DNA of 42,135 nucleotides from a virus (Duplodnaviria; Heunggongvirae; Uroviricota; Caudoviricetes): IMG/VR virus record IMGVR_UViG_2558860274_000001, positions 1 to 42,135 of that record; one strand, 5' to 3'. Shown piece by piece: positions 19,928 to 30,506 of this stretch (position 1 is its first letter; each line of letters starts with the position of its first letter). The notes under the pieces were generated by a model. It saw only the letters and a program-made list of their open reading frames with translations, ran no database searches and was not told where the DNA came from. The position numbers and the translations under genes were made by a program.

Positions 19928-21685
19928 TTAAAGTGAGCGGATGCCCACGCTGACCAGATGTTCAGACAGATCCGGCTCCGGTTCACCACCATTGACCAGC
20001 ATCCGGCTCATTGCTGTAAACATCGCAACAGGGCCGTCGATTTTGGCTTCCGGCGTGGATTTATTCGGGAAGATATTGTCGTTTTTGTCCGGTTTTACCG
20101 TAACGTTAGACATCATCCAGTTCATGACCGGATGATTGCTGTGATGGAAACGCCCGGCATAGACCAGTGATTCCGTTTCCTTCATGGCCTCTGACAGATT
20201 GCGAACCGTCTGCGGAACCTCCACCAGCGGTATCCCTTCTTCAGCCAGTGCCAGGCTGAACTGCATCGCGCTCCACGGGTCAAATCCCAGTTCCCTGAGG
20301 TTTTCACCACCAATCCATTCCAGTAAGTCACTTTTTATCTGAGCATGATCGATAACATCACCATCCGTCAGAATCAGCTTATCCATCTCCGCCCACTTCC
20401 GGTAAAGTTCTGCCTGCTGCCGCGAGCATCGTTCCAGCCGTCCTTCCGGGAGCCAGAATTTAAAATCGGCATGAACATGCCCGTTATCCGTTCGCCAGAG
20501 TTTTGCCGCCGCACAGATATCAATCTTATGAGCAAGGTCAACGCCGACCCACATGGGATACGTTTTCAGCTCATGTCGTGGGGCAATATATTCGCATTTC
20601 TCCCACTTAATCATGTCCATCCAGGCAGACTCGGCAGTGACCCACACATTCATGTGTTTCGTGAAAAAATTCACCCGCGCAGAAACCTGCTCCTTCGCCT
20701 TTTTCGCCAGACGACGCAAATCATCCCAGCGTTTACAGATGCCCAGGCCAGGATTCGCTTTCTGCCAGACCGTTTCATCAAACGGATCATCTCCCTCATC
20801 GAGCGTGTAAATGATCGCAAAGTAGGAGTCGTCTTTTACCGCGCCCTCCACGTCGCTGTTATAGCCTCGCAATACCTTGATGGCGTAATCGCGTTGCTCG
20901 TAACAAATCCCTTCCTTGTTAAAGCCAGCCGTGGTGATACCAAATAACAGGGACTGCAGACGGGCACCGGTTGCCGTCTCCAGAACGTCCCATACGTCGC
21001 GGGTTTTATGTGCATGCAGCTCATCAATAATGGCGCAGTGGATGTTCAGACCGTCCAGGTTGTTTGCATCCGAGGAAAGCGGTTCAAATTTTGATGCGCT
21101 CTGCTCCTGGTAAATCGCCAGCTTGTTGAAATCAAACAACCGCCCGAGTGTCGACCGGGCTTTTCTGACCATATTTTTGGCGTCTTCAAACACGATTCTG
21201 GCCTGGTCACGCGTGGTTGCGGCTGAATACACCTCAGCACCGCCTTCACCATCTGCCCCCGTCATATACAGGCCGATACCCGATGACAGGGTTGATTTTG
21301 CGTTTTTACGGGCGACTTCGTTGTACGCCGTCCGGAACCGGCGCACCATCACCGGGCGTCCGCTGCCATCGCTGCGCATGACAACTTCCCCGGTCTCTTC
21401 ATTCACCAGCGGAATGACAAAACCAAAAATATTAATGAGGATAAATACATGCCAGTCCATCAACTCAATGGGCTGGCCTGCCAGCGCCCCTTTCACATGG
21501 GGCACAAATTTGTAGAAATTCAGGATGTGCTGCGCACGGGGTTCACTGAAATAAATCCCCCGCTCTTCGCCGTACTTCAGATCATCAAGAAAACGCTGGC
21601 AGGCCAGACGGACAAATTCGCCAGCGACAATTTCTCCTGCAACAACACGTTCGGCGTAGCGGATCCCGTCAGCCACTTTTGCCAT
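19928..21685 (-). CDS. Terminase large subunit
   Basis: 585 aa, ATPase/nuclease organisation, overlaps small subunit stop. Confidence 0.9.
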   Translation of the reverse strand: MAKVADGIRYAERVVAGEIVAGEFVRLACQRFLDDLKYGEERGIYFSEPRAQHILNFYKFVPHVKGALAGQPIELMDWHVFILINIFGFVIPLVNEETGEVVMRSDGSGRPVMVRRFRTAYNEVARKNAKSTLSSGIGLYMTGADGEGGAEVYSAATTRDQARIVFEDAKNMVRKARSTLGRLFDFNKLAIYQEQSASKFEPLSSDANNLDGLNIHCAIIDELHAHKTRDVWDVLETATGARLQSLLFGITTAGFNKEGICYEQRDYAIKVLRGYNSDVEGAVKDDSYFAIIYTLDEGDDPFDETVWQKANPGLGICKRWDDLRRLAKKAKEQVSARVNFFTKHMNVWVTAESAWMDMIKWEKCEYIAPRHELKTYPMWVGVDLAHKIDICAAAKLWRTDNGHVHADFKFWLPEGRLERCSRQQAELYRKWAEMDKLILTDGDVIDHAQIKSDLLEWIGGENLRELGFDPWSAMQFSLALAEEGIPLVEVPQTVRNLSEAMKETESLVYAGRFHHSNHPVMNWMMSNVTVKPDKNDNIFPNKSTPEAKIDGPVAMFTAMSRMLVNGGEPEPDLSEHLVSVGIRSL

Positions 21686-22167
21686 CAGTCTCTCGCTTTT
21701 AAAAGCTCCGCCAGCGGATCAACATCATCCGGTCCGGCAATATTTACTTTGGCCCGGCTTGCCGGTGACATACCAAACTCTGCAAGCATCGCCCGGATCC
21801 GCTTCCAGGCATCAGCCTTCATCGCAGCAGCCGGGTGTGCCTTGATCAGCACATCGCCATTCTGCGTTTCCGTGCGGTAGGTATACCCCTCAACATCGAG
21901 TGTTTCGCAGTGATGCCGGTATTCGGTATAGGCTTCCACCAGCAACTCGAGTGCACGTGCATCAAGCTGAGAAATGATCCCTTCCGCATTCAGCTCTTCC
22001 GCCATTCGCCTGAACCAGTACTTCCCCTGCGACCCTAAATGTTGCGGAATTTTAGGGAGACCTTTTTCATCCTTTTTAGCGTTTTTTTTGGGGTCTTTAA
22101 CGGGGCGCTTTGAGGGGTTGCCTCGTATCAAATGCAGGCGTGGCGGGGTTTTCGGGGGTCCGGACAT
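21685..22167 (-). CDS. Terminase small subunit
   Basis: 160 aa, basic N-terminus, immediately upstream of large terminase. Confidence 0.8.
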   Translation of the reverse strand: MSGPPKTPPRLHLIRGNPSKRPVKDPKKNAKKDEKGLPKIPQHLGSQGKYWFRRMAEELNAEGIISQLDARALELLVEAYTEYRHHCETLDVEGYTYRTETQNGDVLIKAHPAAAMKADAWKRIRAMLAEFGMSPASRAKVNIAGPDDVDPLAELLKARD

Positions 22168-22314
22168 AATCGGTTTTACCTATCAATCATTTAATCACAT
22201 TCCAAAAAAAAGTTTTCGAACCTGCGGCGATGCGAGGAAGGGTCAGGCGGCGGTCCTGAGCAGCCTGGGTTGCAGAGATTTGACCCGCCCCTCCCCCACA
22301 GATGAGAACAGTTA

Positions 22315-22665
22315 TCAGTTGATGCGTTCGCGCGCTGTTTTTGCTTTATGGCAGGACCAGCACAGACTCTGCAGGTTACTGTCTGCATCCGTGCCACCAT
22401 GAGCTTTCGGAATGATGTGGTCCACAGTTCTGGCTTCAACGGCTCTCCCATTGCGCAGGCAGTTCTGACACAGATGATTATCACGCTTCAGTATGCGCGC
22501 ACGTATGGTATCCCATTTCGAACCATATCCACGCTGGTGGCGGCTCAGTCCGCGTTGATGCTGTACCCATCCTTCGCCACGATGTGTATCACAGTAACCA
22601 GAACTGTCTGTGGTTGTATCTGCACATCCACGCTTACGACAGGCGCGTGGGATTCGTGATGGCAT
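22315..22665 (-). CDS. HNH endonuclease (packaging-associated)
   Basis: 116 aa with Cys pairs and H-N-H residues (DHIIPKAHGGTDADSNLQSLCWSCH); adjacent to terminase. Confidence 0.85.
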   Translation of the reverse strand: MPSRIPRACRKRGCADTTTDSSGYCDTHRGEGWVQHQRGLSRHQRGYGSKWDTIRARILKRDNHLCQNCLRNGRAVEARTVDHIIPKAHGGTDADSNLQSLCWSCHKAKTARERIN

Positions 22666-22685
22666 GGAATTTCGTTCTCCGGCTA

Positions 22686-23000
22686 TTAAAGCGCTTGTCC
22701 CTCGGGGAGGATACAGATCACCCCCAACCCCGCAGCCACGGCGTACTGATTATGTTCATCGACAAGATTTATTGTGCTATCAAGTAACTCACGACAGTGG
22801 CTTACATTCGTTTCAATGCTCAACACCAGTGAATAAGCACTATTCAACTCCTGACCTGATAAGAACGGAGAATCAGCAGAAACAATTTCCGATTTTATTT
22901 TTCGCAGAGCGCAAAGATTTTCTTCAATGCATTTTCTCAGGACAACGCAACGCCCAATCGCCTCATAGTTTTGCTCAGACATTTCACCCACCTGTTTCAA
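22686..23000 (-). CDS. Hypothetical protein
   Basis: 104-aa ORF between Rz and HNH. Confidence 0.4.
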   Translation of the reverse strand: MKQVGEMSEQNYEAIGRCVVLRKCIEENLCALRKIKSEIVSADSPFLSGQELNSAYSLVLSIETNVSHCRELLDSTINLVDEHNQYAVAAGLGVICILPEGQAL

Positions 23001-23007
23001 AAGTACT

Positions 23008-23472
23008 CTACTTAATGCACTGATCGCGGATATATTCCTGCAATCCCCTGATCATTTTTTCGCTGGTTGCAGCTCGCTCTCTGAGGATGAAATAATCCCG
23101 TTGAGCGGAGTCAGTAAGTCCGGGGCTGGCTGCATCATCCACGCCGGAGGAGGCGGTGGCTTCACGCACGGCTGGACAGACTGCTCTGATGCGCAACCGA
23201 CGACGACCAGCGGCAATATCATCACGCAGAGCATCATTTTCAGCTTTCGCATCAGCTAATTCCTTTGAATATTTTGCATCGAGTGCAGCAACGTCACGCT
23301 GGCGCACCTGCATATCAGTAATGATCGCCTCTGCCAGTTTCAGCTCTCTGGCATTGTCATCGCGTTGTGTTTTGTAGGTAATGGCGTTATCGCGGTAATG
23401 CTCTGTTGCCAGCCACAGAGCACTACAGACCATCAGCAGGACAATAATCACGCCATACAGAATTCGGTTCAT
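23008..23472 (-). CDS. Rz: Rz i-spanin
   Basis: Start at internal ATG (MNRILYGVIIVLLMVCSALWL), N-terminal TM then coiled coil; contains embedded Rz1. Confidence 0.8.
   Translation of the reverse strand: MNRILYGVIIVLLMVCSALWLATEHYRDNAITYKTQRDDNARELKLAEAIITDMQVRQRDVAALDAKYSKELADAKAENDALRDDIAAGRRRLRIRAVCPAVREATASSGVDDAASPGLTDSAQRDYFILRERAATSEKMIRGLQEYIRDQCIK
23052..23252 (-). CDS. Rz1: Rz1 o-spanin lipoprotein, embedded in Rz in +1 frame
   Basis: MRKLKMMLCVMILPLVVVGCAS lipobox, Pro-rich (CVKPPPPPAWMMQP), matches lambda Rz1 pattern. Confidence 0.8.
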   Translation of the reverse strand: MRKLKMMLCVMILPLVVVGCASEQSVQPCVKPPPPPAWMMQPAPDLLTPLNGIISSSESELQPAKK

Positions 23473-23768
23473 TTCACCACCAGCGTATCTGACCGATGAA
23501 ATAACCGGAGCCCATAACCACAAACACCAGCCAGATAAGGATGAACTTCCAGATGGATAATTTTTCAGCCATCACTCGAATCTCCAGAATCAGTTTGCTA
23601 AAATCAAACACGTTTTCTCCTTTAGCTTTCCCATGGGCAGAAAACAAACCCCCGCTTGCTGCCAACAAACGGGGTTTTTGCTTTTATTCACTTACCTTTT
23701 GCCAGTTTGCAGAATATCGTGCTATCCGCTTGTGTGAGCAAACGGCATTTTTCAGCAAAATATTCTGC

Positions 23769-24302
23769 TTATCTGTCGATCCCCCAGCACACCAGCGCAC
23801 TCTCCTGGTCACGACGAATAACCTGACCGTAACAGTTATTTGAACGAATGCGGCAATCACGGCCACCGTCCTTAATCCACCAGCGAATCGCCTCGCATGC
23901 GCCTTTGCGATCACCGGCATTCAGCCGCTTATAAAACGTCGACGGGAAACACTTACCGGGGCCAATGTTATAGGGACAAAATGACGCAATACCTGCTTTT
24001 TGTGGTTCGGTCAGTGGTACTTTTATATTGCGATCCACCCATGCCAGCGCCTTATCACGTTCAATAGCGTTAACCTGGTCGCATTTTTCCTTCGACAGCT
24101 TCATTCCCGGTATGACGGGCTTACCATCCACCATTGTGGCACCACGACAGATGGTCCATATGCCAGAACCATCACGGTATGCCGTTGTGTGGTTACCTTC
24201 TTTTTCATCCAGAAACTGGTCAAGTATTTGAGGAGCAGACGCGCCTGCAGCAATCAGCGCCAGAACGGCAGCTGACAGGCCGTATTTGATTTTTGCGTTC
24301 AT
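23769..24302 (-). CDS. R: SAR endolysin (lysozyme, phage 21/P1 Lyz type)
   Basis: 177 aa; weakly hydrophobic N-terminal SAR segment; conserved lysozyme motifs. Confidence 0.85.
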   Translation of the reverse strand: MNAKIKYGLSAAVLALIAAGASAPQILDQFLDEKEGNHTTAYRDGSGIWTICRGATMVDGKPVIPGMKLSKEKCDQVNAIERDKALAWVDRNIKVPLTEPQKAGIASFCPYNIGPGKCFPSTFYKRLNAGDRKGACEAIRWWIKDGGRDCRIRSNNCYGQVIRRDQESALVCWGIDR

Positions 24303-24365
24303 GGATATTTATCAGAATTTACCGGTTTCTGCCCATGGACAGGTTTATCTGTTCCGGTCAGTGGC

Positions 24366-24716
24366 TTAAGGTTGCGATTCCGGAGGAGTCTTCAGAGAAC
24401 CAGTAATTCTTCCCGGTAGCTTTCCTTTGTAGGTTACCCACACATTCTGCGCCTCAAAAATTATGGGGCGTTTTTCTGGCGACGGCTCATCCCATTCACA
24501 TAACCTGGCAGCAACATCCAGAAATACCTGTCTGATTCTCCTTCTGGCTGCTGCCTCATAAAACTCCAGCGCAGCACCTTCAACACGGTCCATGGTGATG
24601 TCCAGGTCAAAAATTTTACCGTCAAAGCGTTCTTTGTTCCGTAAGGCTAAAGTTACCGCAACTTTATTCTCAAAATTGCGGACTCCCTTAACAACCAGTT
24701 CATAGTTTTGAGTCAT
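24366..24716 (-). CDS. Hypothetical protein between holin and endolysin
   Basis: 116-aa ORF. Confidence 0.45.
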   Translation of the reverse strand: MTQNYELVVKGVRNFENKVAVTLALRNKERFDGKIFDLDITMDRVEGAALEFYEAAARRRIRQVFLDVAARLCEWDEPSPEKRPIIFEAQNVWVTYKGKLPGRITGSLKTPPESQP

Positions 24717-24720
24717 TAAA

Positions 24721-24936
24721 TTACTCTCCCCGCGCAGCCTTACGCTTGTCTTCTCTGATTTTGAAGTACAGATTTGTCAGATAAGTCAGGAAGCCCAGAA
24801 CCAGACTCCCCAGCACACCAATCGCAGCCCACTGTGACGGACTGACCTGATCAAGCCACTGTAAAAACCAGTAGCCAGCACTGCCTGCGGAGGTGCCGTA
24901 GGCAATGCCAGTTGAAATTTTGTCCATGGATTTCAT
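24721..24936 (-). CDS. S: Pinholin, S21-like class II holin
   Basis: 71 aa [28 protein letters not shown]..., matches phage 21 S as I recall it. Confidence 0.85.
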   Translation of the reverse strand: MKSMDKISTGIAYGTSAGSAGYWFLQWLDQVSPSQWAAIGVLGSLVLGFLTYLTNLYFKIREDKRKAARGE

Positions 24937-25227
24937 AGCCTCACCTCCGCAAATAACGGATGGCGTAGTTTTACACTGAGAGATGAAAGGGATTTGAAAA
25001 GAAAAGCCCGCAAAAGCGGGCGAAATTGGATCTACAGTCAGGAAAGCACTCTATCCAACAAACCACCCACAGTTAATCGGAATAAAAGCAGAGTGCTTAT
25101 GAATGATCGCCTGCCCGAAGGTTGTTATTCCTGCACAGCAATTTTGCAAAAAAGACGCTCATTCATAACCCAAACGTCTTTCAGTCACTCCGGGCTTTCC
25201 CATCATCGCAGACTGAAAGACTCTAAC

Positions 25228-25302
<75 letters not shown>

Positions 25303-25306
25303 ATAT

Positions 25307-25382
<76 letters not shown>

Positions 25383-25571
25383 TTGGTTCTTCGGGTGTGA
25401 ATGAGATGCCCGGATACATAATTTACCCTTCCCTCGGAACCGCAGAGATAATACAAATAAATAACCAGAATTCAATATTTGCTTATTCGTCTGTCGAAAA
25501 AACCAGCAAGATGAAAGAACCGTATTCGCAACCACCAGCGTGTTTAATGTACCGTACCGCTTTTCGGGCAT

Positions 25572-25597
25572 AAAAAAACCCGCTTGGAGGCGGGCTG
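25572..25597 (-). terminator. tR'-like terminator downstream of Q
   Basis: Minus strand CCCGCC-TCCAA-GCGGG followed by TTTTTTTA. Confidence 0.55.
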
Positions 25598-25677
25598 TAA
25601 AAATTCTTCTAACGTCAGGCACAAAACGCCCATCGTTAGATGCAAATTTACCACAGATTCGGGAAAAATCAACAACA

Positions 25678-26499
25678 CTATCGCGTTACCCTTTTTAACT
25701 GCCGCTCCGCCCATGCCTCTTCAATGTCAAACCGAACCACCAACGTATCGTAAAAGCGTTTCACTGATTTTTTCCACGTATCAAGCGTGATAGCACTCGT
25801 CACTTTGCATATGGCATTAAATGCCTCCGTTGATGGCAGTCTTTCATAGCCCCGACCACCACAACGCTGGCAGTTCCTGATTACAGGCATACCCTGTTTT
25901 TCCGACTCTTTACGATGAATGGCAACACCACGCCCACGGCAGTCTTTACAGGCAGTGGAAATCTCCCCCTTCCCTTTACATTCAGGACAGGAAACTTTCA
26001 CCACCTCCCGGATTTTTTTCCATTCTTCCCAGTAAGACGGATACACACCCTTCGTACACTTTGCCCATACTGGCGGCTTGCCATCCGGATACTGAACCTT
26101 GTTTGTAAAAACTTCGCTTTCAATAAATTTTTCCCCATGGCAACAAGGGCACTGCTTTTTACTCGCTGCGCTGCGGGCATAATCCTCAAAAGCATACGAA
26201 GCCATAATGCGCATCACTGCCGGTTTTATTTCTGCCGGAAGTTTTCTTAACGCCGCCACGCGATCGCACTGACTTAATGCATAATCTGCCAATAATTCTG
26301 TTGCCCGCGCCCTGTCATTCATACTAATGCCCATTTTCCCCAGGAACGCAGAAAATCCCATCTCAGCCCGGTTTTGTGTCATACCCTGCGCAGCCATCAC
26401 ATCAGTGATACTCAGCGCATCTTTTGACGTCGAGACGGATGCATCAGTCAGGCCAGGCGATTTTGGGGAGTAGTATTTCGGTAAATCTTCCAGCTTCAT
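25678..26499 (-). CDS. Q: Late-gene antiterminator Q (zinc-finger Q family)
   Basis: 273 aa with CxxC clusters; start overlaps rusA stop (ATGA); upstream of tR', tRNAs and lysis genes. Confidence 0.8.
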   Translation of the reverse strand: MKLEDLPKYYSPKSPGLTDASVSTSKDALSITDVMAAQGMTQNRAEMGFSAFLGKMGISMNDRARATELLADYALSQCDRVAALRKLPAEIKPAVMRIMASYAFEDYARSAASKKQCPCCHGEKFIESEVFTNKVQYPDGKPPVWAKCTKGVYPSYWEEWKKIREVVKVSCPECKGKGEISTACKDCRGRGVAIHRKESEKQGMPVIRNCQRCGGRGYERLPSTEAFNAICKVTSAITLDTWKKSVKRFYDTLVVRFDIEEAWAERQLKRVTR

Positions 26500-26876
26500 T
26501 TGTTGGCCTGCCCGTCATGCATTATTTCGTAAATCTTCACGCCCAGTCGCCCACCAGGAACGAGCTGACCGCGCACTATATTGATTTCATCAAACTGCTC
26601 ATCGTCGATAAGCAGTCCTGCATGTGTCAGTGCATCCAGTGGTGCCTTCAGGATATTGTCCAGGTCGCGGCGGCGATTATCCGGTGGCTCTGCAATAATC
26701 CTGATTGCCAACCTACCGGACAGATTTAATTTCAGTCGCTGCTGGCGAACAATAAGCTCCACATCATGGCGATAACGCTCACCAGCTTTTGATACAAAAT
26801 ATGTACTACCACGACGGCGCCAGTAGGTGTTCACCGTCGGCGGGTAAGGCAAAACAAACTCTATGCATTCTGTCAT
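26496..26876 (-). CDS. rusA: Holliday junction resolvase RusA
   Basis: 126 aa, MTECIEFVLPYPPTVNTYWRRRG... RusA family. Confidence 0.85.
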   Translation of the reverse strand: MTECIEFVLPYPPTVNTYWRRRGSTYFVSKAGERYRHDVELIVRQQRLKLNLSGRLAIRIIAEPPDNRRRDLDNILKAPLDALTHAGLLIDDEQFDEINIVRGQLVPGGRLGVKIYEIMHDGQANK

Positions 26877-27932
26877 TTATGCTTTCCACTTCAGGACGCC
26901 CGAATTTCTCGCGTGCATTAAAAAACGAATCAGCAACAACAACTGGCTACCGTGTTTGTCTTCAAAATCTTTTACTCCGGCGTGTAGTTCGTTATGGCAT
27001 TTACGACACAGCGGAATAACAAACAAATCATCAGCCTTTGTTCCCATTCCTCCCAGTCCATGACCAATGATGTGATGCGGATCATCTGCCTGATTACCGC
27101 ACGTCATGCATTTCTGCGTTTTTACCCAGCGCGTGTATACAGGCATCTCTTCCCGTTGTGGTTTCTGGCGCTGGAGATACTGAGCCGGTGACTCCGGATC
27201 AACGGCAATGCTGACCACCGTCTTTTCCTGTGGCGGGTTTTGCTGGTGGGCGTGAGGCAGCGGCGCAAGATTTTTTGTGCGCTGCTTCAGTATGCTGGTG
27301 GCGGTCTGCTCTCCCGGTACGATGTCGCTTTCGCGGTACACCGAGCGGATTTTTTCCGCACGCAATCCCAGAGAACGACGTAATACTGCCTCCGGCAATA
27401 CGTCCGCTACCTGATTGCAGACCGCCCACCAGGATAATTCAGCCAGCGATAACTCCCGCTCCTGTGTACCGTTTATTGCGTGGCGGATGACGTCAATCAT
27501 CCAGGATGTCAGGTTTTGTTGAGCAAGTTGCCCGAGTGATTCTGAAGTCTGGTCGCGTAACTGATTATCACAGTGCCAGCACAATACCATCGCGCCGGTA
27601 CCGTAACGATGTATGACGGTTTCACTGTGGTGGTAGTCACCATGAGGCCACTGGCAGGATTTAACATGGCGTAACAGCCAGTCAGACAATGCGCCAGCGC
27701 CGCCAGCAGCACGAATCACCCGCTCATCGCTGAAAAATGGCAGTAATGATTTATCTTCCGCGAGCGGCTGGCGCACGGCAGGAACAGCTCCTGACGGCAG
27801 ACCGCGCATGCTTTTCGGTTCCGGCTCCACCAGCACCCGGGGATTATGAAATACCTGCATGGATTCACGGCCCGGCTTAAGGACCACCAGCCCGAGTTCC
27901 GGTACCAGAACAGGTCGAAGTAATACCCGCAC
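26877..27932 (-). CDS. YdfU-like DUF968 protein with C-terminal HNH-like Cys/His motif
   Basis: 351 aa; C-terminal CMTCGNQADDPHHIIGHGLGG...CRKCHNELH. Confidence 0.6.
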   Translation of the reverse strand: MRVLLRPVLVPELGLVVLKPGRESMQVFHNPRVLVEPEPKSMRGLPSGAVPAVRQPLAEDKSLLPFFSDERVIRAAGGAGALSDWLLRHVKSCQWPHGDYHHSETVIHRYGTGAMVLCWHCDNQLRDQTSESLGQLAQQNLTSWMIDVIRHAINGTQERELSLAELSWWAVCNQVADVLPEAVLRRSLGLRAEKIRSVYRESDIVPGEQTATSILKQRTKNLAPLPHAHQQNPPQEKTVVSIAVDPESPAQYLQRQKPQREEMPVYTRWVKTQKCMTCGNQADDPHHIIGHGLGGMGTKADDLFVIPLCRKCHNELHAGVKDFEDKHGSQLLLLIRFLMHARNSGVLKWKA

Positions 27933-27933
27933 G

Positions 27934-28212
27934 TTACCTCCAGATACGCTGCTGGAATGTGCGGGACGGACGCGGTGGGCGTTCAGAGTAAGGCAGTCTG
28001 ACTGAGATTATCCAGTGTCGGAAGTCGAAGCTGAGGTCTTTCTGAAACTCGTAACCACGTCTGCGGTAGTTCTGAATTAGCCACTCTGCCTGCTCTTCAG
28101 TACATGGATCATGCTGGAACCAGTCAGATTTGAATGCATGAGAACGCCGCCCGTGCCTGCTGACAAAGACGGCTGAATTATCAGAATTGTGTTGTCTGGA
28201 ATTTTGCGCCAT
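27934..28212 (-). CDS. Hypothetical small protein
   Basis: 92-aa ORF tightly following DUF968 gene. Confidence 0.45.
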   Translation of the reverse strand: MAQNSRQHNSDNSAVFVSRHGRRSHAFKSDWFQHDPCTEEQAEWLIQNYRRRGYEFQKDLSFDFRHWIISVRLPYSERPPRPSRTFQQRIWR

Positions 28213-28278
28213 CGGCTTTCTCCGGTGGCACAGTGTTACTCAACAGGGGTTCAGCCCTACGCTGAATTGTAGATGAAT

Positions 28279-28539
28279 TCACTCATCTTCAAAAGCAGAA
28301 AAACCAGCCTTAATCCCAGCTTCTTTCAGAGACGGCAACGATGTGACAAATTCATTTGCACGCAAAATAAAACCATCCGTCACAAGCCCATCCACCAAAT
28401 GAATTAACGCAGCTCCACTCTTCCTTTGTTGAGACTGTAAACATTTAATACGGCAGTGGCTGACAATAGCGCCATTCTCAACGCGCACAGTATAGAGGCC
28501 ATCCTCACTAAAAATTTCACGTAATTCTTCGATTTTCAT
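28279..28539 (-). CDS. Rem-like hypothetical protein
   Basis: Start at internal ATG (MKIEELREIFSEDGLY...) after RBS GGAAGGA; identity to Qin Rem is recalled, not verified. Confidence 0.45.
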   Translation of the reverse strand: MKIEELREIFSEDGLYTVRVENGAIVSHCRIKCLQSQQRKSGAALIHLVDGLVTDGFILRANEFVTSLPSLKEAGIKAGFSAFEDE

Positions 28540-28671
28540 CAACAGAATCCTTCCAGATAAATAGCACTCCCCCTGTTCGGGGTCCATCCCTCTTCTCCCT
28601 GCGCGCTACTTAAGTATTTTTGATTCTATTCTGGCACCGTCCAAAACTTCAAACACGTTGAAAATAAAAAC

Positions 28672-28692
28672 AAAAAACCCGCCGAAGCGGGT
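28672..28692 (-). terminator. Rho-independent terminator downstream of the two-gene cassette
   Basis: Minus strand ACCCGCTTCGGCGGGT followed by TTTTTTG. Confidence 0.6.
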
Positions 28693-28696
28693 ATAC

Positions 28697-29803
28697 TCAA
28701 ACAATCTGGAAAATATTTCTTGGATTTGTAATAGGTCTGTTGATGGAGAACAACTCACGAATTAAATCTTGGCTCAAGCCAGTTTTCATAAGAATTCTTA
28801 GCCAGGTTGCATCATCCAGCATTTCAACCGCCTCGGCCAGCATGCCGGGTTCTTCAGGGCGCAAAAGTTCATCACCAGGTTCAACTCTCGTATACCCTCT
28901 GGAATTAAGATGCATATAGCCAGTTCTTGCCTGTTCCTGGGTCAATAAGCCTAATGCGCTGGCTCGATAAATACACATTTTAAGGCTGATTTTCCATCTA
29001 AGTTTAAATTCAACCAGAGCATTCCAGTCGAATTGCTTACCTCGTATTCGAGGAAATTCTTTAATGAAAGATAACCTGGGAACTAATAAGGCGCTCGAAA
29101 AGTGATCGGCTTGTGATTCCGTAAGTTTATCACCTGTCGTTATGCCCTCATGCATTACTAAATGCCCTAATTCATGACCTAAATCAGAGCGAAATCTACA
29201 TATGCTTTTTTTAACATTGTTCCTGATGATAACAGGCCTGTTATTGTGAACAGTAAAAGCATCAACACGATCATCGACTCCCGTAACATGCGCAACGATT
29301 ACCCCTAAACTCTCCGCCAATTTAACCATTGATGATATAGGGCCAAGACCTAAATTCCAGGCACGGCGACAATCTTCTGCCACTCGCTCAATATCATTCG
29401 GAGTAAGTAATTCAGCCCCTGGGTGCTCCGGTATGTTAACGTCAGGAAATTCGATTTCACCTTCAACAGCAGAAATTATAATATTAAGAATCTCAGCCCT
29501 GGCCAATACACTATTAGTCAGCGTTTGAGTCCTGGACTTCTTACTCCGAAAATGGCAGACATCACTTTCCAGAGCGTATTTTCGTTCAGTAAAAAGAAAA
29601 CTGGACTTAATCATAAGCGCTGAAGATATTAACTCAAGACATTGCTCCGATGGCCTGCACCCCTTCTCCAGTTTGCTAACGAATTGCTTTGTCTTGCCAA
29701 TTTTTTCGGCTAACTCTTCACAAGAAAGCCCAACAGCCATTCTCGCTAGTTTGAGCTTATCACCCCGATACTCAGTGAAGTTATTCACCTGATGTTCCAT
29801 CAC
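28697..29803 (-). CDS. XRE-family HTH fused to ImmA/IrrE-type zinc metallopeptidase (HEXXH), with ~130-aa C-terminal extension
   Basis: 368 aa; N-terminal HTH (LKLARMAVGLSCEELAEKIGKTKQFVSKLE), HEXXH motif GHELGHLVMHE; overlaps upstream ORF by ~20 nt. Confidence 0.7.
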   Translation of the reverse strand: MMEHQVNNFTEYRGDKLKLARMAVGLSCEELAEKIGKTKQFVSKLEKGCRPSEQCLELISSALMIKSSFLFTERKYALESDVCHFRSKKSRTQTLTNSVLARAEILNIIISAVEGEIEFPDVNIPEHPGAELLTPNDIERVAEDCRRAWNLGLGPISSMVKLAESLGVIVAHVTGVDDRVDAFTVHNNRPVIIRNNVKKSICRFRSDLGHELGHLVMHEGITTGDKLTESQADHFSSALLVPRLSFIKEFPRIRGKQFDWNALVEFKLRWKISLKMCIYRASALGLLTQEQARTGYMHLNSRGYTRVEPGDELLRPEEPGMLAEAVEMLDDATWLRILMKTGLSQDLIRELFSINRPITNPRNIFQIV

Positions 29804-30431
29804 TGCTCACATCCAAATCTTTATCCTTCGTACGCCGACGAAGAGGCACCTTATTAATCTCCGCTTCGTCAGGGAGTGTGTTATAATCAAGAGGCATAAG
29901 CGGCATCGATGCTGTAGATTGATGAGAAACTATACTAATCTGAGCACCATAAGTATTAAATCCAACAAGAGCTACCTCCCAACGAGGCAGTGTGGACTCT
30001 AATTCACCATCGCCCTCTTCGGATAAAAAAGGCTCAGCTATGACTCGCCATGTAATATCTTGCTCAGCCTCAACATCACCAAACAATGAGAGCTGCTCAT
30101 ACTCTACTTTATTTCGACGCAGACGATGTTTCTTTTTGGGGTTATTAATGCAATCTTTGGTAAATTGTAGCGGAACTTTATTTAAAGCAACTACATAGTC
30201 CAACCCCTTGGAAATCATCTCAAGGCCAGGAATTGCATCTTCATTTTGAATAAGATGATTTCTGACCCAATCATAAGCCCTTACACCTTCAGACCAGTTG
30301 CTGTCTAATGCGTGCTTATGATAGTACAGCTGCTCAAGTACGTTAGCGATCTCCGCCAACAAGTGGCGAACATAGTTTTCAGCAAGATAAGGTTGAAATT
30401 CCCAACAAGGAGCTAACTGATTTTCATTCAT
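29781..30431 (-). CDS. Unrecognised 216-aa protein, first gene of the two-gene cassette
   Basis: ORF with acidic C-terminal tail; co-oriented and overlapping with the HTH-peptidase gene; weak RBS. Confidence 0.5.
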   Translation of the reverse strand: MNENQLAPCWEFQPYLAENYVRHLLAEIANVLEQLYYHKHALDSNWSEGVRAYDWVRNHLIQNEDAIPGLEMISKGLDYVVALNKVPLQFTKDCINNPKKKHRLRRNKVEYEQLSLFGDVEAEQDITWRVIAEPFLSEEGDGELESTLPRWEVALVGFNTYGAQISIVSHQSTASMPLMPLDYNTLPDEAEINKVPLRRRTKDKDLDVSSDGTSGE

Positions 30432-30466
30432 TTCAAGTTTCGCTTTTTTTAGAATTCGTAAACCAC

Positions 30467-30495
30467 ATATTTTCGCATTTTTCTATTTTTGTCAA
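30467..30495 (-). promoter_or_regulatory. Candidate sigma70 promoter for the two-gene cassette
   Basis: Minus strand TTGACA, 17-nt spacer, AAATAT, about 35 nt upstream of the ATG. Confidence 0.35.
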
Positions 30496-30506
30496 CCAGA
30501 CTAATG

